DNA from: Balamuthia mandrillaris
Lineage: Eukaryota
Reading direction: 5' to 3'
DNA: 64,000 bases
Assembly (NCBI GenBank): GCA_031835245.2
Contig: JAVKOQ020000082.1
Location: 62,001-126,000, forward strand
Each line of letters starts with the position of its first letter. Positions within the stretch are counted from its first letter, which is position 1. Below, in pieces: positions 14,001 through 25,426 of this stretch. The notes under the pieces are model-generated. The model was not told the DNA's origin. It was given only the letters and a program-made list of their open reading frames with translations, and made no database searches. The position numbers and the translations under genes were made by a program.

Positions 14001-14438
14001 ACAATTCACAAAGTTTAGCTGACGAAGAGTCGTCTGCGTGACAGCTGCAAAGGAGAACACCGCGAATCCGTTTTCTTCGCACAGCAGAGTGACTCCTTCG
14101 TCTTCGTTGGAGACAAACCCTTCAGGCAGAGCTCCATCTTCACCTTCAGCATAATCACGAGCGGTCACTGCAAAGTCTCCAAAAAGAGACAAGGTGGCCC
14201 CGGACGCGAGTCGATGGGTGCCTCTCAGGTAGACCACCTCCAGGCTACCTCCGGAGGCCGTTTCGTAATGGTCCAGAACGGCTTTAGCCGTTTGAAGTGG
14301 AGCAGACAAGGAGCCATCCCCGGTGGTGTCGTTGCCGAATTGGAAGGAGATGTAGAAGGTGGCTTGGCCGTAGGACGCAGAGGGACAGGAGCCGCAGAAA
14401 AGCAACGCGCAGGCCACAAGAATAACAAGTCTTGGCAT
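11025..14438 (-). CDS. Type-I membrane surface protein with parallel beta-helix (GGA[I/L]/FxxN) repeats
   Basis: Signal peptide MPRLVILVACALLF; FYISFQFGNDTTGDGS..P N-terminal motif; repeats FERNYAARGGALY, FYRNSAQTGGAIY, FNSAIGGDGGVV; Cys-rich CDCDQPYDSCNTCGG; FDPNFSTLL; acidic stalk; TM helix and basic tail. Multi-exon, internal boundaries approximate. Confidence 0.8.
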
Positions 14439-15269
14439 TTCGTTGGTTGCGAGGAGGAAAGAAAACGGAGGTCAGCTTTCCTGTCTGAACTCCCCCCCCC
14501 CCAGAGTTGCAATTTGATTGAGAAAGAGCAAATGTGGAATGACAACAACACATATTACCTCTTGTAAATGTTCCTTTTACAGTTTTGCCGATTGAATTGT
14601 AGGCATCCGTGGTTGTGTTCTTTTTTCTTAATTTCATTCCTTTACTTCATTTCGTCCGTTGCCATTAGCTATGGAGCCCCAACGGCTCAATTTGAAAACA
14701 CAGTAACTCTCCACCTTGCGGGTCGAATTGTTATTGACTTTGGCAACCGGTCGACTGCGTCGGGAGGCAACGCTTGCTGATGAAGGGTGCTAGGAGAGTA
14801 GGTAAATTGGTGGAAGAGGCAAAGAAGAGGGAGCTGCAGGCCGGGTGCTCGTTAGGCGCACTCCATGCGGGGGAAACCGTGAGCATATGCCATACTCCCT
14901 GCTTAGCAAAGCTGTAAATGGAATTCTGTAGCGGCAACGGGAGTCGAACTGAAGGCACAAAAAAAATCGAAAATGATTGCTTGTTGTGGGTGTCGAACGG
15001 GCGCCGATCATTTTTTTGACCACAAAACTCAAGATTGTCATCCATCGGAGTCGAACGGACGTCGGTCGCGTCAATTTTATAATAATTTCCAATCCTTTTA
15101 ATAATAATAAAAATAAAAATAAACAAAAAATAAAAAGGAAAAGAAAGACAGGAAAGAAAGAAAGAACGGCCGTATCAACTTTAAAGTAACAAAGAAGAAC
15201 TTCAACAAAAAAAAATAAAAGGACCTCAACTCACACACACAAAGTTCAAGAAAAAATTAAAAAAAAGGT

Positions 15270-16493
15270 ATGGAGGCAGAACTCAATGTGTTGGACTTGC
15301 CGGGGGAATTATTGAGCCTCATCCTGGGCTTCATCGAAACGAAGGCTCTCTACCCGTCGTTCCTCGTTTGCAACGCTTTTTGCGAGGCAGCCCTGGACGA
15401 GCACGTGTGGCGGCTGCGTTGCAAGAACGACCTCGGGATAGACCAGGCCGATTTTCACGGCAACTGGTGTGTAACTTATAAAGGTACACATAGTCGTTTA
15501 TTTCATCTTGTTCTCTTCTTCTCTCTGGTGGCTTTCTTTCTGGTTTGTGTTTTCCCATCCCGAACACACCTTTTTTTTTTTCTTAAAAAAAAAAAATAAA
15601 CACGCACACAGACGCGCTGTTATCTTGGGATCCTTCGCAAGCAACGCTCCCACACAAGGAACGGGTGGAATACAGGTTGGCCAACGGCATGAAGAGTGTC
15701 AATGATGACAGTGCAAGGGAGGTCATAACTTCTGGCCCAGGGCAAAACTTGTTCATCGACAATGCCAACCTGCGATGGATGGGCAGGTCAGTCGTTTTTT
15801 CTTCCTGCTTCTCTTCTCTCCTCTCGTTCTCTGCTTCTCTTGCTCCTCCCAAATAACTTTGTTTTAACACTTTTCGTCTTCCTTGTTTACAAAAAAAAAA
15901 AAAAAAGCCTGTTCCTATCCGTGAGAGGAAAACGAAGCCTTCACAAAGGACGCACGCAGGTCAACTTTAAGATCACCGCCACTGGCAACTCCTTCATGAC
16001 GATCGGCCTCGTGGAGGACTCTTGGGACTGTCGCCTTCATGCATGGAGGCCCAATGCCATCAAACGGAATTGGTGCTGGACCAATCGTTCTCTATACAGT
16101 CATAGTGGTAATGCTTGTTTGTTTTGTTGCTTTGAACATTGTTTTTTTTTTTTTGACTTTTTTAACCCAAACAAACAAAAAAAAGTGGACGGCAACTCCA
16201 ACAGCAGTTCCGAAGGGAGACCTCACAAGAAGAATCTGCCCGAGTGGAGCACCGGCTCTTTCCTCTCCTTCATTGCCGACTTTGAAGCACGAACGATCGA
16301 GCTCTACTGCGACAAGGTCCTCTGCGAGCGCTGCAAGATGCCCGCCGATCTGGAGCGGCTGTGGCCCGTAGCTGCCCTCTACGACAGCGGCAACGCCGTC
16401 TCGTTGGTGCCGACCACCTGTGAAAATCAGATCCCTCCTTCAGCTTCCTCTGCTGTTCCTGTTGCGGAAGCGGGCGAGCGATATAACCAGTGA
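15270..16493 (+). CDS. F-box protein with C-terminal SPRY/B30.2-like domain
   Basis: F-box LDLPGELLSLILGFI...LVCNAF...DEHVWR. Introns 15484-15611, 15787-15907 and ~16108-16185. SPRY-like MTIGLV, GSFLSFIADFEARTIELY, LWPVAALYDSGNAV. Confidence 0.78.
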
Positions 16494-16914
16494 TGGAGAT
16501 GAGAGAGGTGCTCAACGCTCTTCAATGAGGCTGTCGTTGTCAATGTTCTGGTTTGGATTCAGGTTCTCTCATTCTGGCTTCTTCGAAGAAGCCAGAATGA
16601 ATCTCGTGTTGATACAGCAAGATGTCGGGACCAACAACACCACCAGAGTTATTCAAGCAAATGAAGAGAAAAGCGTTGCTGAACTCTTATTTCTGAAGGC
16701 AAATGTTTAAATAGCACAGGTTCTGGTGAGTATTACACAAAAACTATGCCCAAGCGTGTCATGCTTAGTGCACCGGCCCATGAAGGGGTAGGCATGCCAA
16801 GGAGAAATGAACATTTAATTATAAAAGAAGGAAAAGGCAGAACGGCACGTGTTGCTCTTTCTTCAAGTCGTCACGACGTTGCCCTCGTGCTGTAATCCCA
16901 GGAGAAGAAAGCAA

Positions 16915-17886
16915 ATGGAGGAGCTCCCGAACGAACTCGGCCAGCTCGTATGTCAGCACGTCGGCTCTCCTCGCGATCTCGCGGCCTTGATGCAGGTTTC
17001 CCAGCGATGGAAAACGTGGAGTTTGCTCTCGTCACACTCTATATATATTATTTTTTTTTTTGGTTTTTGTTTTTTAACAGCAGAGCATTTTTTTTTTTGT
17101 TAAAAAAAAAAGGCTGGCCTCCAGTAATGCTGTTTGGAAGAGATTGTACTTTGACACATGTTCCAGACTCGATGGCAAGTGTAACGCTTTGCTCTTATGT
17201 GTTTCTTTTCTTTTTCTTTTTCTTTTCATTTTTTTTCTCTTTCTCTATTCCTTATTCTTTTATTGTTTATTGTGTCTTTTGCTCGCTCTCTTGCAGAGCA
17301 AGCTCTGGCAAAGGCCTCTCAGAGCCTCTCCAGCACCGTCGTAGAGAAACAGTGGATGGACATGCCGCACGAAGCTCACGAGGAGATGCTGTCCTCTTTT
17401 CTTCCGTTCAGCGACAAGAACGGCCCTTTGGTGGTCTCTCCACCAAAGGAGAAAGCCATGGAAGGAAACGTGCGGCGAAGACGTCCGAGGAAGGAGGGAA
17501 GAGTGCGACCAACTCATCACGTTAAATGGATGGGTTTGACGAAGCGAGTGGTGCTTGGTAAAAAGAAAAAGAAAAAGAAGCCTGTTCTGATGAAGGTTTG
17601 CTTTTGTTTGTTTTTACTTTCTTCGTTTTCTGTTTTCTCCTCCTCTTCCTTCTTCTTGTTGTTTTTCTTCATTCTTCATTCTTCTTCATCTTCTTGTTCT
17701 TGTTCTTCTCCTTCTTCTTCTTCCTCTTCTTGTTCTTCTTGTTCTTCTTGTTCTTCTTCTTCTTCTTGTGTTGTTCCTCTTAAAGGTGGTAACATGATTT
17801 AAAATGCTGTTATAGGTGGTAGTAATGGGCAACCTTGGAGGTACCCTCTCTGAATGCCCTTACTCTTGTGCTTCCTCTCTTTCTTA

Positions 17887-17931
<45 letters not shown>

Positions 17932-18801
17932 GCTCGCTATCACTCACGCTTATGGGCAACCAAGTTGGAAAAACAAGTTTAGTTGCAAAGCTGAGCGGAG
18001 AAGATGGGTTCGATCCGGTGCATCCAGAACTCATCCCTGTAAAGTTTGATAATCGCACTCTCAGGTACTTTATCTTTCAAGTTCTCTTTTGTTCTCTCTC
18101 TTACAATTCAACGCAAAGAATGTTTTATGGACGTAAAGAAGTGCGAGTGTCTCTCTGGGACACTGAAATGTGGGATACTAGCTTTAGCATGGAGTCCTAC
18201 AGGTTCTTGCTCTTCTGTCTTGCTTCTTTTTTTTTCTCGATTGCTCAAAACATCTTTTTGGTTCAAACAGAAGGAAACAAATCTCAGAAGCTGGAGAGGA
18301 CTATAGCCAAATGCGGCTGATCACATATCTCAATACTGACGTCTTCCTCCTCTGCTTTGATCTTACTGGTTTGCCTTCTTCGTTCTTGTTCCTATGCTTG
18401 TTCTCGTGCTCGTTCTCCTCCTTCTTAAGCTTGTCGTCTCTCTCTCGTGTCTCTTCTGTTCGAATGGCTTACCAGCAACGAGAACGCACAGACAAACTCT
18501 CATTTGAATACATTACCTCCAAATGGGTCAGAGAAATCTTCCGCTTTGCGCCCTACACCCCGTTCGTCATCATTCTATGCGGCACCAAGTCCGATCGCAA
18601 GGTTCGCTCACTTCTTTTGGCTTTGTTTTTTCTTTTCTCATCATGATCGCAGGATGAGAGGCAAGTCAGCAAGAAGGATGCTTTGGCATGCGCCAAACAC
18701 ATCAAAGCTTACGCATACGTCGAATGCTCCACAGGTTTTTTTCATGCTCTCTCTCTCTCTCTCTCTCTCTCTTTGCAAAAGAGAACGAGTAGCGAAAACA
18801 T

Positions 18802-18833
<32 letters not shown>

Positions 18834-19204
18834 CTCCCTCCTCTTACTTCCTCTCTCTTTTCCTTTTCGTTGCGTTAACCATCCAAGTTACGGGAGCAAA
18901 CCTGCAAAATGTGGTGATAGCATGTGTGGACGGCGTAATGGAAATGCTTCCCATTGAAAAAGCCCAACGAGGCCATTTCAGAGACATATACGTTGAACAA
19001 AGTCCAGGCGTCACTTGGGAGGATGATGGCCCATGGCGAGAACCTTTGGGGGGATGGAGCGACCAGGTCTTGAATCCCAGCCTCAACGTGAAGGGTCGAT
19101 GGATGGACGCTTATGGAGACGTTGGACGTGTACGCACGCCAGAGCTGGTGGAGGAGGAGTACTTGGCATTCAAACCTGCAGAACATACCGTGTTTTATTG
19201 TTAA
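16915..19204 (+). CDS. F-box protein fused to an atypical Rho/Rac-like GTPase domain
   Basis: N-terminal MEELPNELGQLVCQHV...LMQVSQRWK/LASSNAVWKRLY. Spliced G-domain VVVMGNLGVGKTSL, SLWDT, YLNTDVFLLCFDLT, SFEYITSKWVREI, ILCGTKSD, YVECST. About 9 short introns. Confidence 0.8.
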
Positions 19205-20062
19205 CAACACATCATTCTAGCGCGAGATCATCTTCATCCTGTCGATTCTATTCATTCACACACCCCCTTACTTTTTGCGTGGTTCTCTCTCCAAGGAGAG
19301 AGCATAACACTCTTGGTCGGAGAGGAAGGGGAGGTGGAGCAGAAAGTGGATGACTTGTGGGATTGGGCGAAGGTGGAAGGGATGCAGTTGGTATCGTCTC
19401 ATGAAGGAAATGATGGATGATTGCAGGGCTCTCTTTTGGAAGTTGATGAGACCCTCCGCAGTGGTTTCGCTGTTGCCATCGTTAATGAATACTAGGTCCA
19501 CGAGGTACGTGCCGCTTGAATATCGTGGTGGAGAAGGATTAATGTCAGGTGAAGAAAAGGAGGGTTCAGAAAGGGCAGAGGAGGGAAAAGAACATACATA
19601 TATGGAATAAGAGGAGGTGCGCGCTGTTCCGTGGCTTGTCGAAGTTGTCGGTGGTTTGAGGAGAGATAGTCACCATAAGTATTGTATACCTTTGTCGGGA
19701 AAAGTTTTGTTTGTAATAAAGAAGAGAAGCAAGTGATAACAAAATAAACCAAACCTCGATAGTCCTCTGGGGACAGCGTTCTAAGGTTTGTTTGAGTCTG
19801 AAAACTGGCATGCTATTATAGCCAGCCACAATGGCCATCAAAGCATTGTAATTGCCCAACCTTTCCAGTTCCTTTTTGTTTGTGAATGTGGTTGAGGAGA
19901 CTGTCAAACAAAAAGAAGAGTTGGAAGAATATGGACCGTTATGACATCTCGGAAGTAATTGATCACTTTGCAACGTTGACTCAACTTCGTTGGCTGTAAA
20001 ATCGAGAGAGTGACCCAACTTGTTGTTCACAAGAAGAAATGTTAAAAACAAAGAGAAGAGGT

Positions 20063-20237
20063 TGAAGAAGGGGAGGAAGAGGAAGAGGAAGAGGAAGAGA
20101 AAGAGGAAGAGGAAGAGAAAGAGGAAGAGGAAGAGGAAGAGGAAGAGGAAGAGGAAGAGGAAGAGGAAGAAGAAGAAGAAGAACAAGAAGAACAAGAAGA
20201 AGAAAAAGGAGGAGAAGAAGAAGAGAACAAGAAGATG
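20063..20237. repeat. (GAGGAA)n/(GAA)n intronic microsatellite
   Basis: Tandem repeat inside a RasGEF intron. Confidence 0.9.
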
Positions 20238-20541
20238 ATAAGAGATGCACCAACTTTGCAATTGAGTTGAAGTGACTGATCAACGTCCGAATGCACGTTT
20301 TCTGTTCCGTGTTGTTCTGCCATGCATTGCTTAACAGGTCTCTTCGCTATTGTTTTTTTTAAAATGTTATGGGTTCCATAAAGTGAAAAGACTAAAAGTG
20401 AAAACGTACAGTAATTCGGGAGAAAAGGAAGTGGTGAAGCAGTGTCATTTGGCGAGCCAATTCCACTGAAGGAATGTTGCTCCATTCCAGCGCATCTGTT
20501 AGTTCCAGTGGCTTTATGATAGCTGGCAGCATAAGCAAAGT

Positions 20542-20700
20542 AAAGAAGAAGAAGAAGAAGAAGAAGAAGAAGAAGAAGAAGAAGAAGAAGAAGAAGAACA
20601 AGCAGAAGAAGAGGAACAACACAAAAAGAAGTAGAAGAAGAAGAAGAAGAACAAGAACAAGAAGGAGAAGAAGGAGAAGAAGAACAAGAAGAACAAGAAG
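20542..20700. repeat. (GAA)n intronic microsatellite
   Basis: Tandem repeat inside a RasGEF intron. Confidence 0.9.
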
Positions 20701-20976
20701 AGCGTAGAGGATAAAGCCGGAGAAAAACCAAAGAACGAACCAGAACAGAAGGACAATGCTCCAACTCAATTGTTGCAAGCAGGGACTGAACCACCCATTC
20801 ACTGTTCAATTCTCCGTTTGCACCATTGACCTCTTTCCTCTCCTTCTCGTTTCCTTTTCTTGCTTCCCCCATGTAATGAAGGCTGGCGATCATGCGTTGC
20901 ACACTCTGCAAGGCCTCTTCTCTGAGAGACCGCTCTGAGATAGCATATCCCTTCTCTTCTGGTTCTTCGGTCTCCT

Positions 20977-21166
20977 TGTTAGCAGAGTAAATAGGTATAT
21001 GGGAAAAGAGTATGTATTGTAGTCTGTAACTGTAGAAATAAACATAAAGATAGTGTTGGTATAAAAAGGATTGGTATCGTGGTCCTTATGGTGGTTTCGT
21101 GTTATCGTGTTCGTGTTCGTTCCTTCCTTATGTGGGGTAATGAGATGAGGGGTCACTCAATTAACA
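20977..21166 (-). repeat. 3' LTR
   Basis: TGTTAGCAG...AATTAACA, identical by eye to 25237-25426. Confidence 0.97.
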
Positions 21167-24100
21167 CTCCCACTTGATCCCGATTCTCTTGTCTCATTCC
21201 GATGTCCGTGATTAGTTTGACGTGTTTGTCTCGCGGTAGGGGTTTGGTCAGAACATCGGCGGGCATCTCGTCGCTGGCCATGTACTCCAGCTTGATGGTA
21301 CCCTTCTTGGTTTCTTCCCTGATCTTGTGGTGTCGAATGTCGATGTGCTTTGTTCTGGAGTGGTTTCCTGGGTTCTTGGACAGTTCGATACATCCAATGT
21401 TGTCCTCGTAGATGATGGTAGGTCCCTCTTGGGTTTCTCCGATATCGTCTAGCAGTCTTCTTAACCAGATAGCTTCTTTGGTTGCTTCGGTGATACTCAT
21501 ATATTCGGCTTCGGTTGTAGATAGCGCGACGGTCTTCTGTTTTCTCGATTGCCATGATATTGGTCCTCCGCAGAATTTGAAGACATATCCCGTGGTCGAT
21601 CTTCTTGAGTCGATGTTGTTGGCGTAGTCGGCGTCGGCGTATCCAATAAGTTTCGAAGCGTTAGCGTCGTTGGTGTCGAAGGTGATACCGTGGTTTCTTG
21701 TTCCGTTGAGGTAGCGAAAGATTCTTTTTAGGGCTTTCCAGTGTTCCACTTTGGGGTCAGCTGTGAATCTAGCGAGCTCGTTAACGGCGAATGCTATGTC
21801 GGGTCTGGTTCCGGTGGCTGCGTACATTAAGCTTCCGATTGCGTTTCGGTAAGGAACCTTGGGGTCGAGCTTCCTCGAATTGCTATACTTCGTTAGCTTT
21901 ACTCCCACTTGCGTTGGGGTGTCGATTGGCCTGCTTTTGTGCATGTTGTACTTCTCGAGCATATTGCTGATGTAGGTAGGTTGGAGTAGTGTTGTGCGTC
22001 GGTTCTGTCGGTCGCGTTTGATCTGGATTCCGAGGATGAATTGGGCTGGTCCCAAGTCCTTCACGTCGTAGTGTGACTTCAAGTCGTTCTTGAACTTGTT
22101 GATGTTCTCGGTTGTTCCCGCGATCAGTAGGTCGTCAACGTACAGTCCGATGATGATGATGTTGTTGTTCTCCCATTTGAAGTAGATGCAGCAGTCGGCT
22201 GATGCTTTTTCGAAGCCAAGGTCAACGAGAGTGCTATCAAATTCTCCGTTCCACTCTCTTGCTCCTTGCTTCGTGCCGTATAGTCCCTTTTCTAAGAGGC
22301 AGACGTCGTCGGGATGCTCGGGGTCGACGAATCCTACAGGTTGCTCCATGTAGATGACTTCTTTCATGGTAGCGTTGAGGAATGCTGTGACAATATCCAA
22401 CTGGTGGAGTTCTAGGTCGTAGAATGTCGCAAAGGCTATGATGATTCTAATCGATGTCATTCGAACGACTGGTGCATAGACTTCGAAGTAGTCGACTCCT
22501 TTCACTTGAGTGAAGCCTTTGGCAACGAGTCGGGCCTTGTATCGTTCGATCTCGCCGTGGGCATTCCGCTTAATTCTGAATGTCCATTTGTTCTTGACGA
22601 TGGTTCTCTCTCTTCCGGGTCGTTTAACGAGTCGCCAAGTTTTGTTCTTCGTCAGAGCTTCGAACTCTTCTGACATCGCCTTAAGCCACTTCTCTCGATC
22701 TGGTCCGTTGATTGCTTCTTCGTAGGTTTTTGGTTCCCCGATGATTGCTGCGATCAGCGCGTAGGTGACCAGGTTGGCACTCTTCTTCTTGGGATCCTCT
22801 TCGATGAGTCGCGAGGTTATCGTGATAGCTCGTTTCCCGTCTGCTCGTGGCTTTTTGAGGAATGAAAATGCAGGGTTGGTTGTCTTCTTATCGATGATGG
22901 CTTTGCCGTTTCCGTCGCTGCTGTTGATAGGTTGCTTGCCTTTGGTTTCGCCTGCGTTCTCATCAGCCTTAGTTTCGCTGTCTTCGCCTTCCTCCTCTTC
23001 ATCTTCGCTTGAGTCAGAGTCCTCTTTGTCGCTTAGGTCTGAAGTTTGCATCCTCTTCGGTTGCTCAGGCTTGTTTTTGATGGAGGTGAGTTTTTCTTTC
23101 TCGTCGTCCATTGTGCTCCGTTCAGGTTGGATGAACTTTACGTTGCGTGAAAGAGTAATTCTCTTTGTCTTTGGGTTGTAGAGGGTATGTGCCTTAGACG
23201 TTTCGCTGGGTCCAAGGTAGATGAGCTCCTTCGCTTTGGCATCTAGTTTCTTTCGGTCGTTACTGGGTATGAGCGTCCACGCTCTGCTTCCAAAGATTTG
23301 GATGTGTCGGAGAGACGGTTTCTTTCCAGTCCAAGCTTCTTCTGGCGTCATTCCGTTGACTGCGCTGGTGCCGGTGCGGTTCGTGATGTAGTTCGCCATA
23401 TTGATGGCTGGCCCCCAATATTTCTCGTCCAGGTCAGCGTGTTGAAGCATACATCGTGCTTTCTCCATAAGCGTCCTGTTCTTTCTTTCAGCGACTCCGT
23501 TCTGCTCCGGTGTATGGGGTGCAGACGTTTGGGTTTGTATGCCGTTCTTGTGTAGGTGGTTTCTGAAGTTTTTGCTAATGTATTCGCCGCCGTTGTCGCT
23601 TCGTAGTGCCTTGATCCTTTTGCCGCTTTGGTTGGTGGCCAAAGCTTCGAATTCTTGGAATCGTTCCAGTGCACCGTCCTTCGTGGCCAGTCCGTAGACC
23701 CAGGTTCGTCTGGTCAGGTCGTCCGTGAAGGTAATGAAGTATCTGGACCCTCCGATGGAGGTCTGCATTGGTCCGCATATGTCCGTGTGCACTAATTCGA
23801 GCTTCTCTGTGGCTCGAGTGGCTGGTTCTGTACTAACGGGGTTTCGGGATTGCTTGCCCTTGAGGCAGGCAGTACACGGTGCGAGGGTTGCGCCGCTGGG
23901 TATATCAATTCCGTTCGTGATCTTCGGTAGTTCCTTCAGCTTTTCAATGCTGATGTGGCCCAAACGTTTGTGCCATTCGTCCACTGCGGTATTAGCGTGC
24001 TCTTTTCGCGGCTCTGGTTTGCCTTGGAGGTGGTATAGTCCGTCTTCCTCCAATATTCCGATACCGATGACCATTCCGTCCTGTTTGAGTCTGGTGACTC

Positions 24101-25172
24101 CGCCGGATGAGGAAATGGTTATTCCTCTTCGGTCCAGGGTCGTCGTGGATATTAGCGTTTTGTCGAATCCGTCGACGTAGAGTACATCTTGGAAAACACA
24201 CGTTTCGTGTCCGTACTTTGTCTCTGTTATATAACGTAGGTTACCAGCTTCCGTGGCGGTTATCTTTTCGCCGTTTGCAAAGTAGACCTTGGTTGGTTTT
24301 GTTGGCTTACAGTCCGTTAGCAGGCCTTTGTTACCCGTCATGTGGCAGGATGCTCCGGAGTCCAAGATTATGTCTCCGGTTGGTGATCCTCCTTTGAGCG
24401 ACACGTTCATCATTCGCTCTCCTTTCTTTTTCTTACTACCGTTCTGACTGCGGCAGTTCTTCGCTATGTGTCCAAATCCATGGCACTTGTAGCACTCGAT
24501 ATCTTTATCTTTCTTCTCTCGGCGACCGTGGTCCTTTCTGTTTCCACGTTGTCTATGGCGTCCGTACATGATTGATTCGCCTTTGCCGTCGAACTTGCTT
24601 TTCTTTCGGGCAGCTTCGAGTCTAAGTTTGTCCAATATCTCCTCGTAGGTGCTGCTGTCCTTCAAGGATAGCGTTAGCGAAGAAGAGACGTGCTCCAGGC
24701 TTTCTGGTAAGCTGTTTAGGAGGTAGTGGATCTTTTCGTCCTCAGGTATCGAAGCGTTGCTGAAGATTAGGTCCGCCTCGCCGATCAGGCTGTCGAACTT
24801 ATCGAGGTGTTTGTCGAGGTCCTGATTGTCCCTCATTTTCGTAGCAAGCTTGGTGCGGAGCTCGGTCCTTCTAGTGGCGTCGGCCTTGTCGTATTTCTCG
24901 CAAAGCCTATCCCACTGTTCTTTCGCGCTTTCAAGGTTCGTCACCCGTCTCAAGAGTGGTAGGGTGAGACAGCTACAGATCAAACCGCTGGCTATGGCGT
25001 CGTTCGCCGGATTAAACTCGATGTCTTCCTGCTTTTTGCTGCTGCTGGCTCCTATGGTTATCGTTCCGTCGACGTAGCCCCATACGCCCTTGCTCTTCAA
25101 GAGCGTTCTCATCTGGCATTTCCAATCCTGGAATCCATGTCCGTCGAACGGGTTGATTTTCAACTTGCCCAT
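21153..25172 (-). CDS. Copia gag-pol polyprotein (Gag zinc knuckle, protease, integrase, RT, RNase H), 1339 aa
   Basis: CYKCHGFGHIAKNC knuckle; ILDSGAS protease; WHKRLGH...CTAC and VHTDICGP/SDNGGEY/QNGVAERKNR integrase; YKARLVAKG and LYVDDLL RT; YADADYA...ADVLTKPL RNase H. Integrase precedes RT, the copia order. Confidence 0.98.
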   Translation of the reverse strand: MGKLKINPFDGHGFQDWKCQMRTLLKSKGVWGYVDGTITIGASSSKKQEDIEFNPANDAIASGLICSCLTLPLLRRVTNLESAKEQWDRLCEKYDKADATRRTELRTKLATKMRDNQDLDKHLDKFDSLIGEADLIFSNASIPEDEKIHYLLNSLPESLEHVSSSLTLSLKDSSTYEEILDKLRLEAARKKSKFDGKGESIMYGRHRQRGNRKDHGRREKKDKDIECYKCHGFGHIAKNCRSQNGSKKKKGERMMNVSLKGGSPTGDIILDSGASCHMTGNKGLLTDCKPTKPTKVYFANGEKITATEAGNLRYITETKYGHETCVFQDVLYVDGFDKTLISTTTLDRRGITISSSGGVTRLKQDGMVIGIGILEEDGLYHLQGKPEPRKEHANTAVDEWHKRLGHISIEKLKELPKITNGIDIPSGATLAPCTACLKGKQSRNPVSTEPATRATEKLELVHTDICGPMQTSIGGSRYFITFTDDLTRRTWVYGLATKDGALERFQEFEALATNQSGKRIKALRSDNGGEYISKNFRNHLHKNGIQTQTSAPHTPEQNGVAERKNRTLMEKARCMLQHADLDEKYWGPAINMANYITNRTGTSAVNGMTPEEAWTGKKPSLRHIQIFGSRAWTLIPSNDRKKLDAKAKELIYLGPSETSKAHTLYNPKTKRITLSRNVKFIQPERSTMDDEKEKLTSIKNKPEQPKRMQTSDLSDKEDSDSSEDEEEEGEDSETKADENAGETKGKQPINSSDGNGKAIIDKKTTNPAFSFLKKPRADGKRAITITSRLIEEDPKKKSANLVTYALIAAIIGEPKTYEEAINGPDREKWLKAMSEEFEALTKNKTWRLVKRPGRERTIVKNKWTFRIKRNAHGEIERYKARLVAKGFTQVKGVDYFEVYAPVVRMTSIRIIIAFATFYDLELHQLDIVTAFLNATMKEVIYMEQPVGFVDPEHPDDVCLLEKGLYGTKQGAREWNGEFDSTLVDLGFEKASADCCIYFKWENNNIIIIGLYVDDLLIAGTTENINKFKNDLKSHYDVKDLGPAQFILGIQIKRDRQNRRTTLLQPTYISNMLEKYNMHKSRPIDTPTQVGVKLTKYSNSRKLDPKVPYRNAIGSLMYAATGTRPDIAFAVNELARFTADPKVEHWKALKRIFRYLNGTRNHGITFDTNDANASKLIGYADADYANNIDSRRSTTGYVFKFCGGPISWQSRKQKTVALSTTEAEYMSITEATKEAIWLRRLLDDIGETQEGPTIIYEDNIGCIELSKNPGNHSRTKHIDIRHHKIREETKKGTIKLEYMASDEMPADVLTKPLPRDKHVKLITDIGMRQENRDQVGVLIE
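21167..21180 (-). promoter_or_regulatory. Polypurine tract
   Basis: Minus-strand GGATCAAGTGGGAG directly precedes the 3' LTR. Confidence 0.7.
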
Positions 25173-25223
25173 CGTGCAGTGTGTTTGAAGGAGATTGTGA
25201 GTGTAGCGGTTTTAGTTTGACTG

Positions 25224-25236
25224 TGGGCCCATAACC
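25224..25236 (-). promoter_or_regulatory. Primer-binding site complementary to the initiator tRNA-Met anticodon arm
   Basis: Minus-strand GGTTATGGGCCCA immediately follows the 5' LTR. Confidence 0.85.
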
Positions 25237-25426
25237 TGTTAGCAGAGTAAATAGGTATATGGGAAAAGAGTATGTATTGTAGTCTGTAACTGTAGAAATA
25301 AACATAAAGATAGTGTTGGTATAAAAAGGATTGGTATCGTGGTCCTTATGGTGGTTTCGTGTTATCGTGTTCGTGTTCGTTCCTTCCTTATGTGGGGTAA
25401 TGAGATGAGGGGTCACTCAATTAACA
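25237..25426 (-). repeat. 5' LTR
   Basis: Identical by eye to 20977-21166. Confidence 0.97.

Larger units (their letters stand above)
20977..25426 (-). mobile_element. Complete Ty1/copia LTR retrotransposon (4450 bp)
   Basis: Two 190-bp LTRs with TG...CA ends, 5-bp target-site duplication CTCCT (20972-20976 and 25427-25431), PBS, PPT and a single intact gag-pol ORF. Confidence 0.98.

Noticed and set aside
14700..14960. GC-richer intergenic patch with small hairpins
   Set aside because: No tRNA cloverleaf or known ncRNA motif; compatible with divergent-promoter DNA.
20890..21156. Short ORFs starting in the LTRs (also 25012-25416)
   Set aside because: No recognisable homology; duplicated only because the LTRs are.
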